Part shown: positions 1 through 8,057 of the stretch, one piece after another
Numbering within the stretch: the first letter of the stretch is position 1
Layout of the letters: the number at the start of each line of letters is the position of its first letter
Source of the DNA: an uncultured SAR86 cluster bacterium
GTDB taxonomy: Bacteria > Pseudomonadota > Gammaproteobacteria > Magnimaribacterales > Magnimaribacteraceae
DNA length: 64,000 nucleotides
Assembly (NCBI GenBank): GCA_902532675.1
Contig: CACAIY010000002.1
Location: 38,774 to 102,773, forward strand
Reading direction: 5' to 3'
Notes under the pieces: generated by a model
Told to the model about the DNA's origin: nothing
The model's database searches: none
What the model saw: only the letters and a program-made list of their open reading frames with translations
Translations under genes and position numbers: made by a program

Positions 1-68
1 TTAGCTTGCAAAAGCATTGTTGACTTTCCTGCATTCATAGAAGAGTAATTGAAGTAGAGCTTGGCCAT
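1..68 (-). CDS. tdk: thymidine kinase, N-terminal fragment (gene runs off the 5' edge of the window)
   Basis: Not in the ORF track. Minus-strand ATG at 66-68. Translation MAKLYFNYSSMNAGKSTMLLQA... matches the E. coli Tdk N-terminus ([21 protein letters not shown]), including the P-loop NAGKST. Confidence 0.75.
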   Translation of the reverse strand, partial: MAKLYFNYSSMNAGKSTMLLQA

Positions 69-107
69 AGATGAAATAAGTTATGTGATACTATAGCAGC
101 CTTTCTT

Positions 108-1481
108 ATGTCCACGGAAGTAGATAAAAATCAGACCATAGAAGGTTCTGCTGAAATAACTCATCCTGAGTCTCTCAGTGTATGGGGATTGGCATGGCCA
201 TCAATTCTAAATAATTTACTTTTCGCTTCTGTAGGGCTTGTAGCTATAAAGGCAGTTGGTTCATTAGGGGCAGAAGCTGTTGCTGCTGTAGGAACCGGAC
301 AGAGGATATTTTGGGTTTTTCAAGCTTTATTAATGGCTATTATGGCCGGAACAACTGCATTGGTAGCAAGAGCAGTAGGTTCGGGCGATCCTGCAGAAGC
401 TGCTCAAGTAACTAGAGCTTCTTTAGGGTTATGTCTCGCTATCTCTGTTGTAACTGCCATAATGCTGTGGATAGGGGCAGATTCTATTATAGGTCTATTT
501 GGACTAAACCAAACTTCTCAAGAACTTGCTGTTACATACACAACTATATTAGTTTCGTTTACACCTGTTTTTGCTATCTCTATGGTTTTAGCAACTGCAC
601 AAAGAGCTGCAGGAGATGCTAAAACTCCTTTATATATTGGATTAATAACTAATGTAATTAATATTTTCCTTTTAATAGGACTTGTAGAGGGAAGGTTTGG
701 CTTACCCGAAATGGGTGTTGTGGGAGCTGCGTTAGCAGGAGGCTTAGCGTTTACCATTAATTCTTTACTGGTCTTAGCCTTGTGGTTTGGAAAGAAATTA
801 GCTGTAGGTATAGGCAGAGCTGGTTCCATGACTTCTGATAGATTAAAACAGCTGATTACAATTAGTTATCCTGCAGGAATGGAGTCATTCATCTTTCAAT
901 TTGGAATGCTTTCTTTTTTCTGGATAGTAGCTTTATACGGAACTGATGCTGTAGCTGCTTATAACATAGGTGTTAATGTATTAATGTTATCTTTTACCGT
1001 AGGTAATGGTTTTGCTATAGCGGGCGCAACTCTAACAGGTCAATACTTGGGCGCTTCAGATCCTGATAAAGCTTATGATTCTGGCTTTAGAGCAGCAACT
1101 ATGACTATACTCTCTATGGGAAGTTTAGGTTTAATATTGGCCTTATATTCAAGAGAGTTAGCAACTTTCTTTATTAACGATATAGATGTTGTAAATAAAG
1201 CAGTTGTATTTGTTTGGATACTTGGAATTATGCAACCTTTTATGGCGATAGAATTTTCTATAGGAGGTGCGGTGAGAGGAGCAGGGGATACAAAGTCTCC
1301 ATTAATCATAACACTCATAGGCTTAGTCATAATTCGAGTCCCTCTAGCATACCTAGTTTACCAACTAGGCCTGTCAATTGAATGGATTTATGCAACCTTA
1401 ATAGCAGATTATTTTATTAAAGGTGTGTTGTTGATTATTCGTTACCGATCCAGAAGATGGATGAAGGCATTGCAAACTTGA
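108..1481 (+). CDS. MATE family multidrug/sodium efflux transporter
   Basis: 457 aa with about 12 hydrophobic segments. N-terminal WPSILNNLL and a two-fold internal repeat are typical of NorM/DinF-type MATE proteins. Confidence 0.85.
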   Translation: MSTEVDKNQTIEGSAEITHPESLSVWGLAWPSILNNLLFASVGLVAIKAVGSLGAEAVAAVGTGQRIFWVFQALLMAIMAGTTALVARAVGSGDPAEAAQVTRASLGLCLAISVVTAIMLWIGADSIIGLFGLNQTSQELAVTYTTILVSFTPVFAISMVLATAQRAAGDAKTPLYIGLITNVINIFLLIGLVEGRFGLPEMGVVGAALAGGLAFTINSLLVLALWFGKKLAVGIGRAGSMTSDRLKQLITISYPAGMESFIFQFGMLSFFWIVALYGTDAVAAYNIGVNVLMLSFTVGNGFAIAGATLTGQYLGASDPDKAYDSGFRAATMTILSMGSLGLILALYSRELATFFINDIDVVNKAVVFVWILGIMQPFMAIEFSIGGAVRGAGDTKSPLIITLIGLVIIRVPLAYLVYQLGLSIEWIYATLIADYFIKGVLLIIRYRSRRWMKALQT

Positions 1482-1494
1482 TATAATTTAAGGA

Positions 1495-3198
1495 ATGAAA
1501 TACTTTTTCTACTTACTACTTTTATCCTTTTTATTCAGTTGCAGCGAAGAAATAGAAATAGAAAAAACCCTTCCTACTACCCCTGAAGATTTAAAGGAGC
1601 ATAGTGCTGAATTTACAAAAGAAGTAATTGAAGTTACTGATGGTGTCCATATGGCCATAGGATTTGCTTTGGCTAACGCAATGATGGTAGAAGGTGAAGA
1701 CTCAAATATAATAATAGATACCACAGGCACCGTAGAAACAGCACGAGAAGTTAAAGAGATTTTTCAATCTATTAACCCTAATCCTATTTCTGCAATTATT
1801 TATACACATAACCATGGTGACCATGTTTATGGGGCCTCTGTATTTGCTGAAGAATCAGACCCAGAAATATATGCTCATTCTTCAACAGAAAAATACATCT
1901 CAAGAGTAATTGGAATACTAAGACCAATAATATCTTCGAGGTCTAGCAAGATGTTTGGAAATGTTCTGCCCAATGAACATATAGAAAATAATGGCATAGG
2001 ACCATTCTTGGAGATTGGAAAAGATGGAAGAACACCTGGCTTGCTATACCCAACAAAAGTTTTTGAAGATCAAATGGAATTTGAAGTTTCAGGTATAAAA
2101 ATAGTTTTATACCATGCTCCCGGAGAAACAAACGACCAACTGTTTGTTTGGTTGCCTGAGAAAAAGGCTTTATTTCCGGGAGATAACTTCTACAAAACTT
2201 TTCCAAATCTTTATACGATTAGAGGAACGCCCTATAGAGATTTAGCTGGTTGGGTAAATAGTTTAGACATGATGAGATACCTTGAACCTGAACACCTTAT
2301 TCCTAGTCACACAAGACCTATCTCTGGAAAACAAGAAATTTATGAAAAATTAACTACTTATAGAGACGGCATTCAGTATGTGCATGATCAGACAATAAGG
2401 ATGATGAATCAAGGCATGGGACCTGATGAAATAGCTGAAAAAATTTCTTTACCTAAGCATTTAGGAAATTCTCCATTTTTAAAAGAGTTTTATGGCTCAC
2501 CTGCGTGGTCTGCTAGAAATGTTTTTTCAGGTTATTTAGGTTGGTTTGATGGCAACCCTTCTACCCTAAAACCTTTACCAAAAAATGAAGAAGCTAATAA
2601 TTTAATTAGTATTGCTGGGGGATGGGATAACTTATTTAAAATTGCAGAAGAATCTTTTAAAAACGAAAATTATCAATGGGCCCTGCAACTCACAGATTAT
2701 TTATTACTAAGCAAACCAGATAATAAAGAAAGCATTATTTTGAGAATGTCTTGCTTAAAGGCACTAGGAGAGAAAGAAAGTAATCCAAATTCTAGATATT
2801 ACTATTTAAGCAGCGCGGCCTTACTAGATGAGAATTACGAACCTAATGATATTTTAGCTCCTACCTTGGAAGTGGTAAAAAAATACCCCATTGAAGCTAT
2901 GCTAGAAAGTCTAAAAGTGAGTGTCGTACCTGAAAAATCTATCGATAAAAATATACAACTTCTATTTAGTTTTACTGATTCAGGCAAGAAATTCTCATTA
3001 TTTTTAAGAAAAGGAGTTTTAGAAATACAACCCTTCGAAGTAATGGGTTCAAGTGTACAAGTCATAGCTAAAGAAGAAGATATGAAAGCAGTACTTACAG
3101 GCTTAAAAAGTTTACCAATTTCCTTAGTAACCGGTTCAATAAAAGTGAATGGCAGTAAGGCTGATTTATTGTCATTATTCTCAAGCGTTAGGAGTTAG
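1495..3198 (+). CDS. alkyl/aryl-sulfatase (metallo-beta-lactamase fold, SdsA1/BDS1-like), predicted lipoprotein
   Basis: Lipobox LLSFLFSC at the N-terminus. HxHxDH motif (THNHGDH). Central dimerisation region and an SCP2-like C-terminal domain, the architecture of SdsA1-type alkyl sulfatases. Confidence 0.75.
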   Translation: MKYFFYLLLLSFLFSCSEEIEIEKTLPTTPEDLKEHSAEFTKEVIEVTDGVHMAIGFALANAMMVEGEDSNIIIDTTGTVETAREVKEIFQSINPNPISAIIYTHNHGDHVYGASVFAEESDPEIYAHSSTEKYISRVIGILRPIISSRSSKMFGNVLPNEHIENNGIGPFLEIGKDGRTPGLLYPTKVFEDQMEFEVSGIKIVLYHAPGETNDQLFVWLPEKKALFPGDNFYKTFPNLYTIRGTPYRDLAGWVNSLDMMRYLEPEHLIPSHTRPISGKQEIYEKLTTYRDGIQYVHDQTIRMMNQGMGPDEIAEKISLPKHLGNSPFLKEFYGSPAWSARNVFSGYLGWFDGNPSTLKPLPKNEEANNLISIAGGWDNLFKIAEESFKNENYQWALQLTDYLLLSKPDNKESIILRMSCLKALGEKESNPNSRYYYLSSAALLDENYEPNDILAPTLEVVKKYPIEAMLESLKVSVVPEKSIDKNIQLLFSFTDSGKKFSLFLRKGVLEIQPFEVMGSSVQVIAKEEDMKAVLTGLKSLPISLVTGSIKVNGSKADLLSLFSSVRS

Positions 3199-3200
3199 TC

Positions 3201-3974
3201 ATGAAAGAATATGAAGATATAGCCATTGAAGTTAAGGATTACATAGCAAAAATAACTATTCAAAGACCGCCAAATAATTTCTTTGATTCATTTTTAATTC
3301 AACAAATAGCAGATGCATACGAAGAATTAGATGGTATTGTCGAATGCAGGGTTATTTTATTGTGTTCTGAAGGTAAGAATTTCTGTGCTGGTGCTAACTT
3401 TGGTGAAGATAAAGACATGCATGACAAGTCTCATCCTTATTCAAAGCTTTATGATCAAGCAGTAAGATTATTTAGAACCAATAAACCTGTAATTGCTGTT
3501 ATACAAGGTGCAGCGGTTGGAGGAGGGTTGGGCCTTGCCTTGTCTGCTGATTTTAGAATAGCTTGCCCCGAAGCTAAATTCAGTGCAAATTTTGCCAAAC
3601 TCGGTTTTCATCAAGGCTTTGGTAGCTCTGTAACTTTACCAAGAGTAGTAGGTATCCAACATTCAGCTGATATGCTCTATACAGCAAGAAGGGTTAAAGG
3701 TGAAGAAGCTTTTAAAATGGGACTGGTAGATCAAATTACTTCTAAAGAAACTTTAATGGCAGAATCAATAAAATTTGCTTCAGAAATAGCTAGTTCAGCG
3801 CCTATGGCAGTAGAGTCAATTCGGTCTACTGTAAAAGGAGATCTTGCAGATCAAGTGGAGAAAGTTGTAGCTTGGGAATTGTCGGAACAAATTAGATTGC
3901 AGAAAACAAAAGATTTTAAGGAAGGAATTGCTTCTTCTTTAGAAAGGAGAGATCCTAAATTTTCAAGAAAATAA
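3201..3974 (+). CDS. enoyl-CoA hydratase/isomerase (crotonase) family protein
   Basis: 257 aa. Crotonase oxyanion-hole segments (FCAGANF ... GAAVGGGLGLAL). Starts 2 nt after the sulfatase stop. Confidence 0.85.
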   Translation: MKEYEDIAIEVKDYIAKITIQRPPNNFFDSFLIQQIADAYEELDGIVECRVILLCSEGKNFCAGANFGEDKDMHDKSHPYSKLYDQAVRLFRTNKPVIAVIQGAAVGGGLGLALSADFRIACPEAKFSANFAKLGFHQGFGSSVTLPRVVGIQHSADMLYTARRVKGEEAFKMGLVDQITSKETLMAESIKFASEIASSAPMAVESIRSTVKGDLADQVEKVVAWELSEQIRLQKTKDFKEGIASSLERRDPKFSRK

Positions 3975-3992
3975 TCTATAGGAGAATGATTA

Positions 3993-4181
3993 ATGGATAA
4001 AAATACCTTACTGACAATAACTTCTTGTATCTTTTTTTCTATGGCAGTTATTCATACTGTTAGAGTCATCCTTGGTGCAGAAATGATATTTTTTGGTTTT
4101 AGTTTGCCATATATAATGTCAATATTAATTGCTATTGGAATCTCATATTTAGGCTGGAAATCACTTAACTATAGAGATTAA
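3993..4181 (+). CDS. small hypothetical membrane protein (two predicted TM helices)
   Basis: 62-aa ORF with GGAG-like SD (ataggagaatgattaATG) and two hydrophobic stretches. No recognisable family. Confidence 0.35.
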   Translation: MDKNTLLTITSCIFFSMAVIHTVRVILGAEMIFFGFSLPYIMSILIAIGISYLGWKSLNYRD

Positions 4182-4217
4182 CAATATAGTACAATGCCGA
4201 AATCAAGACTTAAGAAA

Positions 4218-4309
4218 GGATAGTTGGCAGAGTCTGGTTGAATGCACCGGTCTTGAAAACCGGCAAGGGGTCAAACCCTTCGGGGGTTCGAATCCCTCAC
4301 TATCCGCCA
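4218..4309 (+). tRNA. tRNA-Ser (anticodon UGA), class II with long variable arm, CCA encoded
   Basis: Acceptor stem GGATAGT/ACTATCC. D stem GCA/TGC. Anticodon stem CCGGT/ACCGG with loop CTTGAAA (UGA). Variable arm AAGGG..CCCTT. T arm GGGGG-TTCGAAT-CCCTC. 3' GCCA. Confidence 0.93.
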
Positions 4310-4492
4310 CTTTTAGATGAGAAGCTTAATTTTTTTCCTTCGAGATCACCCGTCAGTATGGGCATTAGCAATATTAGCATTCTTTTTCTTCTATAACGTT
4401 CCTTCAGGGGAATATCTTAAAACTTTTTTTCAGAGCCTATTGTCCTTAATGTGTGGTGAAGATATAACTGGTAGGTGCAAGGGGTGACTTTT

Positions 4493-4951
4493 CTAGCTGA
4501 AGTCTTTTAACATCTTTTTTAGTTCTAACTGATGTTGCTCTTCTTGGCCAATTAAACTTCTTGCATATTCTTCTAAATAAACGGACGATCCTTCCACTTC
4601 TTCTAATAACTCTTTATATAGACCAAGTGCATGCACTTCGTGAGCTAAACTTTCTTGAAGAATATCTTTAATGGAATGATTATTTGTCTCAACAATCTCA
4701 GCTATTTTTTGACTGGGATGGCCTTCAAGCCCTGTTAATAACTCTCCTGCTTGTTGGGCGTGAAGTAGAGATTCGTTCGCTTGATCTTTTAAAAATTGAA
4801 CAATAGGTAGTCGATGGGGACCAACGATCATAAGAGAGTAATGAGTGTATCTCACCACACCAGCTAACTCGTATTCCATTATTTCATTAAGAATGCTAAT
4901 TACCCTTGAAGAACTAAGCTTATTCTTTTCCATATTTATAGATTTTATCAA
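4493..4951 (-). CDS. ferritin-like di-iron protein (bacterioferritin family)
   Basis: 152 aa, four-helix-bundle-like. Two ExxH ferroxidase motifs (ESLLH, EEQH) plus upstream Glu ligands (EYELAG, HEVH). Confidence 0.7.
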   Translation of the reverse strand: MIKSINMEKNKLSSSRVISILNEIMEYELAGVVRYTHYSLMIVGPHRLPIVQFLKDQANESLLHAQQAGELLTGLEGHPSQKIAEIVETNNHSIKDILQESLAHEVHALGLYKELLEEVEGSSVYLEEYARSLIGQEEQHQLELKKMLKDFS

Positions 4952-5139
4952 AATAATAAGAAAAAAATCTTAATGAGAATGAAGGTATAAATAAGAATGA
5001 TTAATGTTCAAAAGATTTAGAGAAACGCATGAGAGCAACTTGGGAAGTTAGGATAAAACAAATAGAAGCCATTCTTAAAATGAGTTCAGAGCATGAAGAA
5101 GTTTTGGAATTTTTAAAGAAAGATAAATACGTTTGGTAA

Positions 5140-6075
5140 TTAAATGAAATATTTATCCAATACATTAATTACGTCTGACACAAGTATTTGGTTTATCTCT
5201 TCCTTACCGCCGATTAAGTGATTTTGATTTATTCCTGTTGTCCCTATCAAAGACGTTTTTGTAGGACCGTAAAGGGTTATAGAAGGAGTTTCGGTTAAGG
5301 CAGATAAGTGAGCTAAACCTGTATCTGAACAAATACAAAAGTTAGCATTCTTAACAATATAAGCTATTTCATTTAGCGGCATAAGATCTATTGCTTGTGC
5401 TTTTTTTGATACAGAACAAATTTCTTTTGCCCTTTCAAGTTCATCTAAATTCCCAGATGGGAGCAACATATCAATACCTTTATTTTCTAGGTACCGAATT
5501 AAATTTTGCCAATTTCCAATGGACCATTGCTTTGTAACCCAACTAGCGTTCTGCACCAGAACACAATACTTATCTGGAAGTTTTATTCTTGGTTTAATAA
5601 AACTCTTAAATGAAGCACCGTAGTCTACTTTTCCCTGTTTATAATTATACCCAAGCGCGTCTCCAAGAAGTTTTTTTTGTCTATTAATGGCATGTAGCTT
5701 TTTGTTAACGTTAATTTTTTCTTTATAAGCTAAGTGTGCAGGGTATTCTCGCGTACTTTTAGAATCCATTCCAACAACATCATGCTTACATAAGTACGAG
5801 ATAAAAGCACTTTTAAGGTTATTTTGCATATCCACAACCAAATCATAGTCTCTTTCATTGATTTGATTAATAACTTCTTTAAGGGATTTTCTAGAATCTT
5901 TTGAAAATAAGTGTTTTTTCCAATTTCTATGGTCAGTTGTTATGATTTTATTTACTAGAGGATGCCAAGAAGGAACAGAAGCGAAGCTTGTGTCAACAAC
6001 CCAATCAAAACTAATATTTTCTATGTGACTACTAGCCTCTGTAAGAGCGGGTAGGGCATGCATAAGATCACCCAT
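5140..6075 (-). CDS. waaC: lipopolysaccharide heptosyltransferase I (GT9). The true start is probably upstream of the first ATG, near 6105.
   Basis: Collinear with E. coli WaaC (SMGDLMHALPALTEA / FDWVVDTSFASVPSWH vs SMGDVLHTLPALTDA / FDWVVEEGFAQIPSWH). The conserved first strand KVLIIKLTS is encoded at 6076-6102 with no ATG/GTG/TTG in frame. Confidence 0.9.
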   Translation of the reverse strand: MGDLMHALPALTEASSHIENISFDWVVDTSFASVPSWHPLVNKIITTDHRNWKKHLFSKDSRKSLKEVINQINERDYDLVVDMQNNLKSAFISYLCKHDVVGMDSKSTREYPAHLAYKEKINVNKKLHAINRQKKLLGDALGYNYKQGKVDYGASFKSFIKPRIKLPDKYCVLVQNASWVTKQWSIGNWQNLIRYLENKGIDMLLPSGNLDELERAKEICSVSKKAQAIDLMPLNEIAYIVKNANFCICSDTGLAHLSALTETPSITLYGPTKTSLIGTTGINQNHLIGGKEEINQILVSDVINVLDKYFI

Positions 6076-6107
6076 CGATGTTAGTTTAATAATCAGTACT
6101 TTCAGAA

Positions 6108-6737
6108 CTATTTCCTACGTTTTTTAAAAATAGATTTTAAAGAAGAGCTTAATTTATGTCTTAAGTTATGAAAACTTAAAGCCTCTGGATAAATGTAGTT
6201 GAGTTGAATAGAGAGTCTTTTACCTTCATAGGGCTTAAACCCATGCCAGCATTCATCGGTCACTTTGAAGCAGACCAAACTACCAAAAGTACAAGGTATT
6301 TCTTTAATATATTCATCTAAATTATTGTTTCCTTTTAACAATCTAAGATTCCCTCTATTTTCTGGCCAATTTAAGTTTAAGTATAAAAGAACGGTTAAAA
6401 TCTTTGTTTTTGAGTCTGTATGAATCTTTCCATCCTTTTTACGAGAGAAGCCTCTTAAGGTAGTAACTACTTTTGCCTTATCTAGATTAATACTGAATTT
6501 CTTTTCTAAGATTCTCTTAAATTCTTCACTTTCTAACTCTTTAATTAGTTTACGAATTGATTCTCCAGAAAGAATTGCATCAACATGAAAACTTCCTCCA
6601 TCATTAATGTCAGGGAAGTCTTTAATAATTGAGGAACTATCAATTTGATCTAAGAATATATTTTCTACGTGAAAGAAAGGGAAGAAATCTTTATTTACAA
6701 GTGCTTTAGATAATTTTTCACTATTTATCAGCTTCAT
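6108..6737 (-). CDS. 2OG-Fe(II) oxygenase superfamily protein, function unknown
   Basis: 209 aa. HxD (KIHTDSK), distal His (CWHGF) and Arg (KRLSIQLNY) are spaced as in the double-stranded beta-helix facial triad. Overlaps the upstream DsbA-like gene by 17 nt and abuts waaC. Confidence 0.6.
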   Translation of the reverse strand: MKLINSEKLSKALVNKDFFPFFHVENIFLDQIDSSSIIKDFPDINDGGSFHVDAILSGESIRKLIKELESEEFKRILEKKFSINLDKAKVVTTLRGFSRKKDGKIHTDSKTKILTVLLYLNLNWPENRGNLRLLKGNNNLDEYIKEIPCTFGSLVCFKVTDECWHGFKPYEGKRLSIQLNYIYPEALSFHNLRHKLSSSLKSIFKKRRK

Positions 6738-7374
6738 TTTCTTTCTGAATTATTTTTCTTAAGAATGATATAAATGTTTCGGGTTCCTGTCCTCCTTGGA
6801 TAATATACTTATCATTTATAAAATAAGTAGGAACAGCCCCTATACTTTTTTCAATAAAATTCATTTCAAGATCAGCCGTTTCTTGTCCACCTTCTTTTGA
6901 ATCAAGGAAGTTAAGGATTTCACTTTTATTCATCCCGACAGACTCGGATATCTTAGCAAGTATTTCTTTTGATCCTATGTCCAACCCGTCAGTAAAGTAA
7001 GCTGTAAATAAAGCTTCTGACAATTCAGTTTGTAAGTTATATTCTTCAGATTTCCACAGAAGACGATGTGCCATAAATGTATTCGGTATTCTTTCAGCTT
7101 TAGAAAAGTTGAAATTAAAATTAAGGGATTCTCCAATTTTAGTAATCTCATCGTATCTTGATTTACCACCTGAAGAGCCAAACTTCTGTTGCATATATAA
7201 CTTCTTGTCATAACCTTCTTCAGGTATTTCTGGGTGTAGTTCGTAAGGTTTCCATGAAATTTCAAAATCTAATTCAAATTTCAATTCATCCATTGCTTTT
7301 TTAAGGTTTCTAAATCCTATTACACACCAAGGGCATACAATATCTGAGACGATATCTATCTTTAGGGTATCCAT
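6721..7374 (-). CDS. DsbA-family thiol oxidoreductase (FrnE / 2-hydroxychromene-2-carboxylate isomerase-like)
   Basis: 217 aa. N-terminal CPWC thioredoxin-fold motif (DIVCPWCVIGF). C-terminal GVPTYFIN typical of the DsbA/FrnE family. Confidence 0.8.
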   Translation of the reverse strand: MDTLKIDIVSDIVCPWCVIGFRNLKKAMDELKFELDFEISWKPYELHPEIPEEGYDKKLYMQQKFGSSGGKSRYDEITKIGESLNFNFNFSKAERIPNTFMAHRLLWKSEEYNLQTELSEALFTAYFTDGLDIGSKEILAKISESVGMNKSEILNFLDSKEGGQETADLEMNFIEKSIGAVPTYFINDKYIIQGGQEPETFISFLRKIIQKENEADK

Positions 7375-7417
7375 TTAAATAATTATAGGTGATATAGTTG
7401 TTATTAAGGAAGGAATT

Positions 7418-7999
7418 ATGAAATCCATTTGTGTTTATGCTGGTTCAGCTTCAGGAAATAAACCTGAGTTCACAGAAAAAGCTATTGAGCTCGGGTATGC
7501 GATAGCTGATAAGAATTTTTCTATGGTTTATGGCGGGGGGAGTAACGGCCTTATGGGAGTTACAGCTGACGCTGCTTTATCTAGAGGTGCAAACGTAACA
7601 GGTATTATCACTGAGCAGTTAGATGCAATAGAAGTGGGTCACAAAGGCTTAACTAAACTTGAGATAGTTTCTTCAATGCACGAAAGGAAATCGAGAATGG
7701 CTAAATTATCTGATGCCATTATTTCTTTACCTGGAGGAGTCGGTACTTGGGAAGAATTATTTGAAGCTCTAGCTTGGAATCAATTGGGTTTTTATTCAAA
7801 ACCCATAATACTATTTAATGTAGATGACTATTACTCTTCTCTTTACGATTTTTCTAAAGAAGCGGTTAAAAAAGGTTTTTTACCAAGGACAACATTTGAA
7901 GAATTTTTTATTTCTGATGATTTAGAAATAATTTTTGATTTTATATCGAAGTTTAAAAAGAAGGATGGCAAAGATTGGTACAAAAGATTAGAAAGATAG
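7418..7999 (+). CDS. LOG family protein (TIGR00730; cytokinin riboside 5'-monophosphate phosphoribohydrolase-like)
   Basis: 193 aa. Signature motifs VYGGGSNGLMG and PGGVGTWEELFE. Confidence 0.85.
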   Translation: MKSICVYAGSASGNKPEFTEKAIELGYAIADKNFSMVYGGGSNGLMGVTADAALSRGANVTGIITEQLDAIEVGHKGLTKLEIVSSMHERKSRMAKLSDAIISLPGGVGTWEELFEALAWNQLGFYSKPIILFNVDDYYSSLYDFSKEAVKKGFLPRTTFEEFFISDDLEIIFDFISKFKKKDGKDWYKRLER

Positions 8000-8023
8000 A
8001 ATTTATTTTTATTTACTTTTTTC

Positions 8024-8051
8024 TTGCATAATAAAATTTTTTTGATAAATT
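8024..8051 (+). promoter_or_regulatory. sigma70-like promoter: TTGCAT - 16 nt - extended -10 TGaTAAATT
   Basis: -35 at 8024-8029, TG at 8043-8044, -10 at 8046-8051. T-tracts lie upstream (8006-8010, 8017-8022). The site is 25 nt after the LOG stop, with no downstream gene on this strand. Confidence 0.35.
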
Positions 8052-8057
8052 GAACTT

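Noticed and set aside
4337-4365. A third copy of the element A/B family downstream of tRNA-Ser (CCTTCGAGATCACCCGTCAG..TATGGGCA versus CCTCGAGACCCGAATCAG..AATGGACA).
   Set aside because: Similarity is limited to about 25 nt and needs three indels. The rest of the spacer is T-rich rather than purine-rich, and the promoter position would fall inside the tRNA. This is probably chance.
4218-4492. tRNA-Ser as the anchor of a genomic island.
   Set aside because: There is no integrase, no duplicated copy of the tRNA 3' end, and the flanking genes are ordinary core genes.
4952-5030. Possible Fur boxes upstream of the ferritin-like gene (cTTAATGAGAATGAAGGTA and AATAAGAATGATTAATGTT).
   Set aside because: Each gives only about 11/19 matches to GATAATGATAATCATTATC, which is not distinguishable from background in this AT-rich DNA.
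5029-5139. Small intergenic ORFs: 5029-5139 (+, 36 aa MRATWEVRIKQIEAILKMSSEHEEVLEFLKKDKYVW), 48815-48904 (+, 29 aa) and 55578-55688 (+, 36 aa hydrophobic, overlaps the CoA-transferase 3' end).
   Set aside because: No recognisable family and weak or absent SD sequences. Their lengths are expected by chance. They are kept only as candidates for conservation checks.
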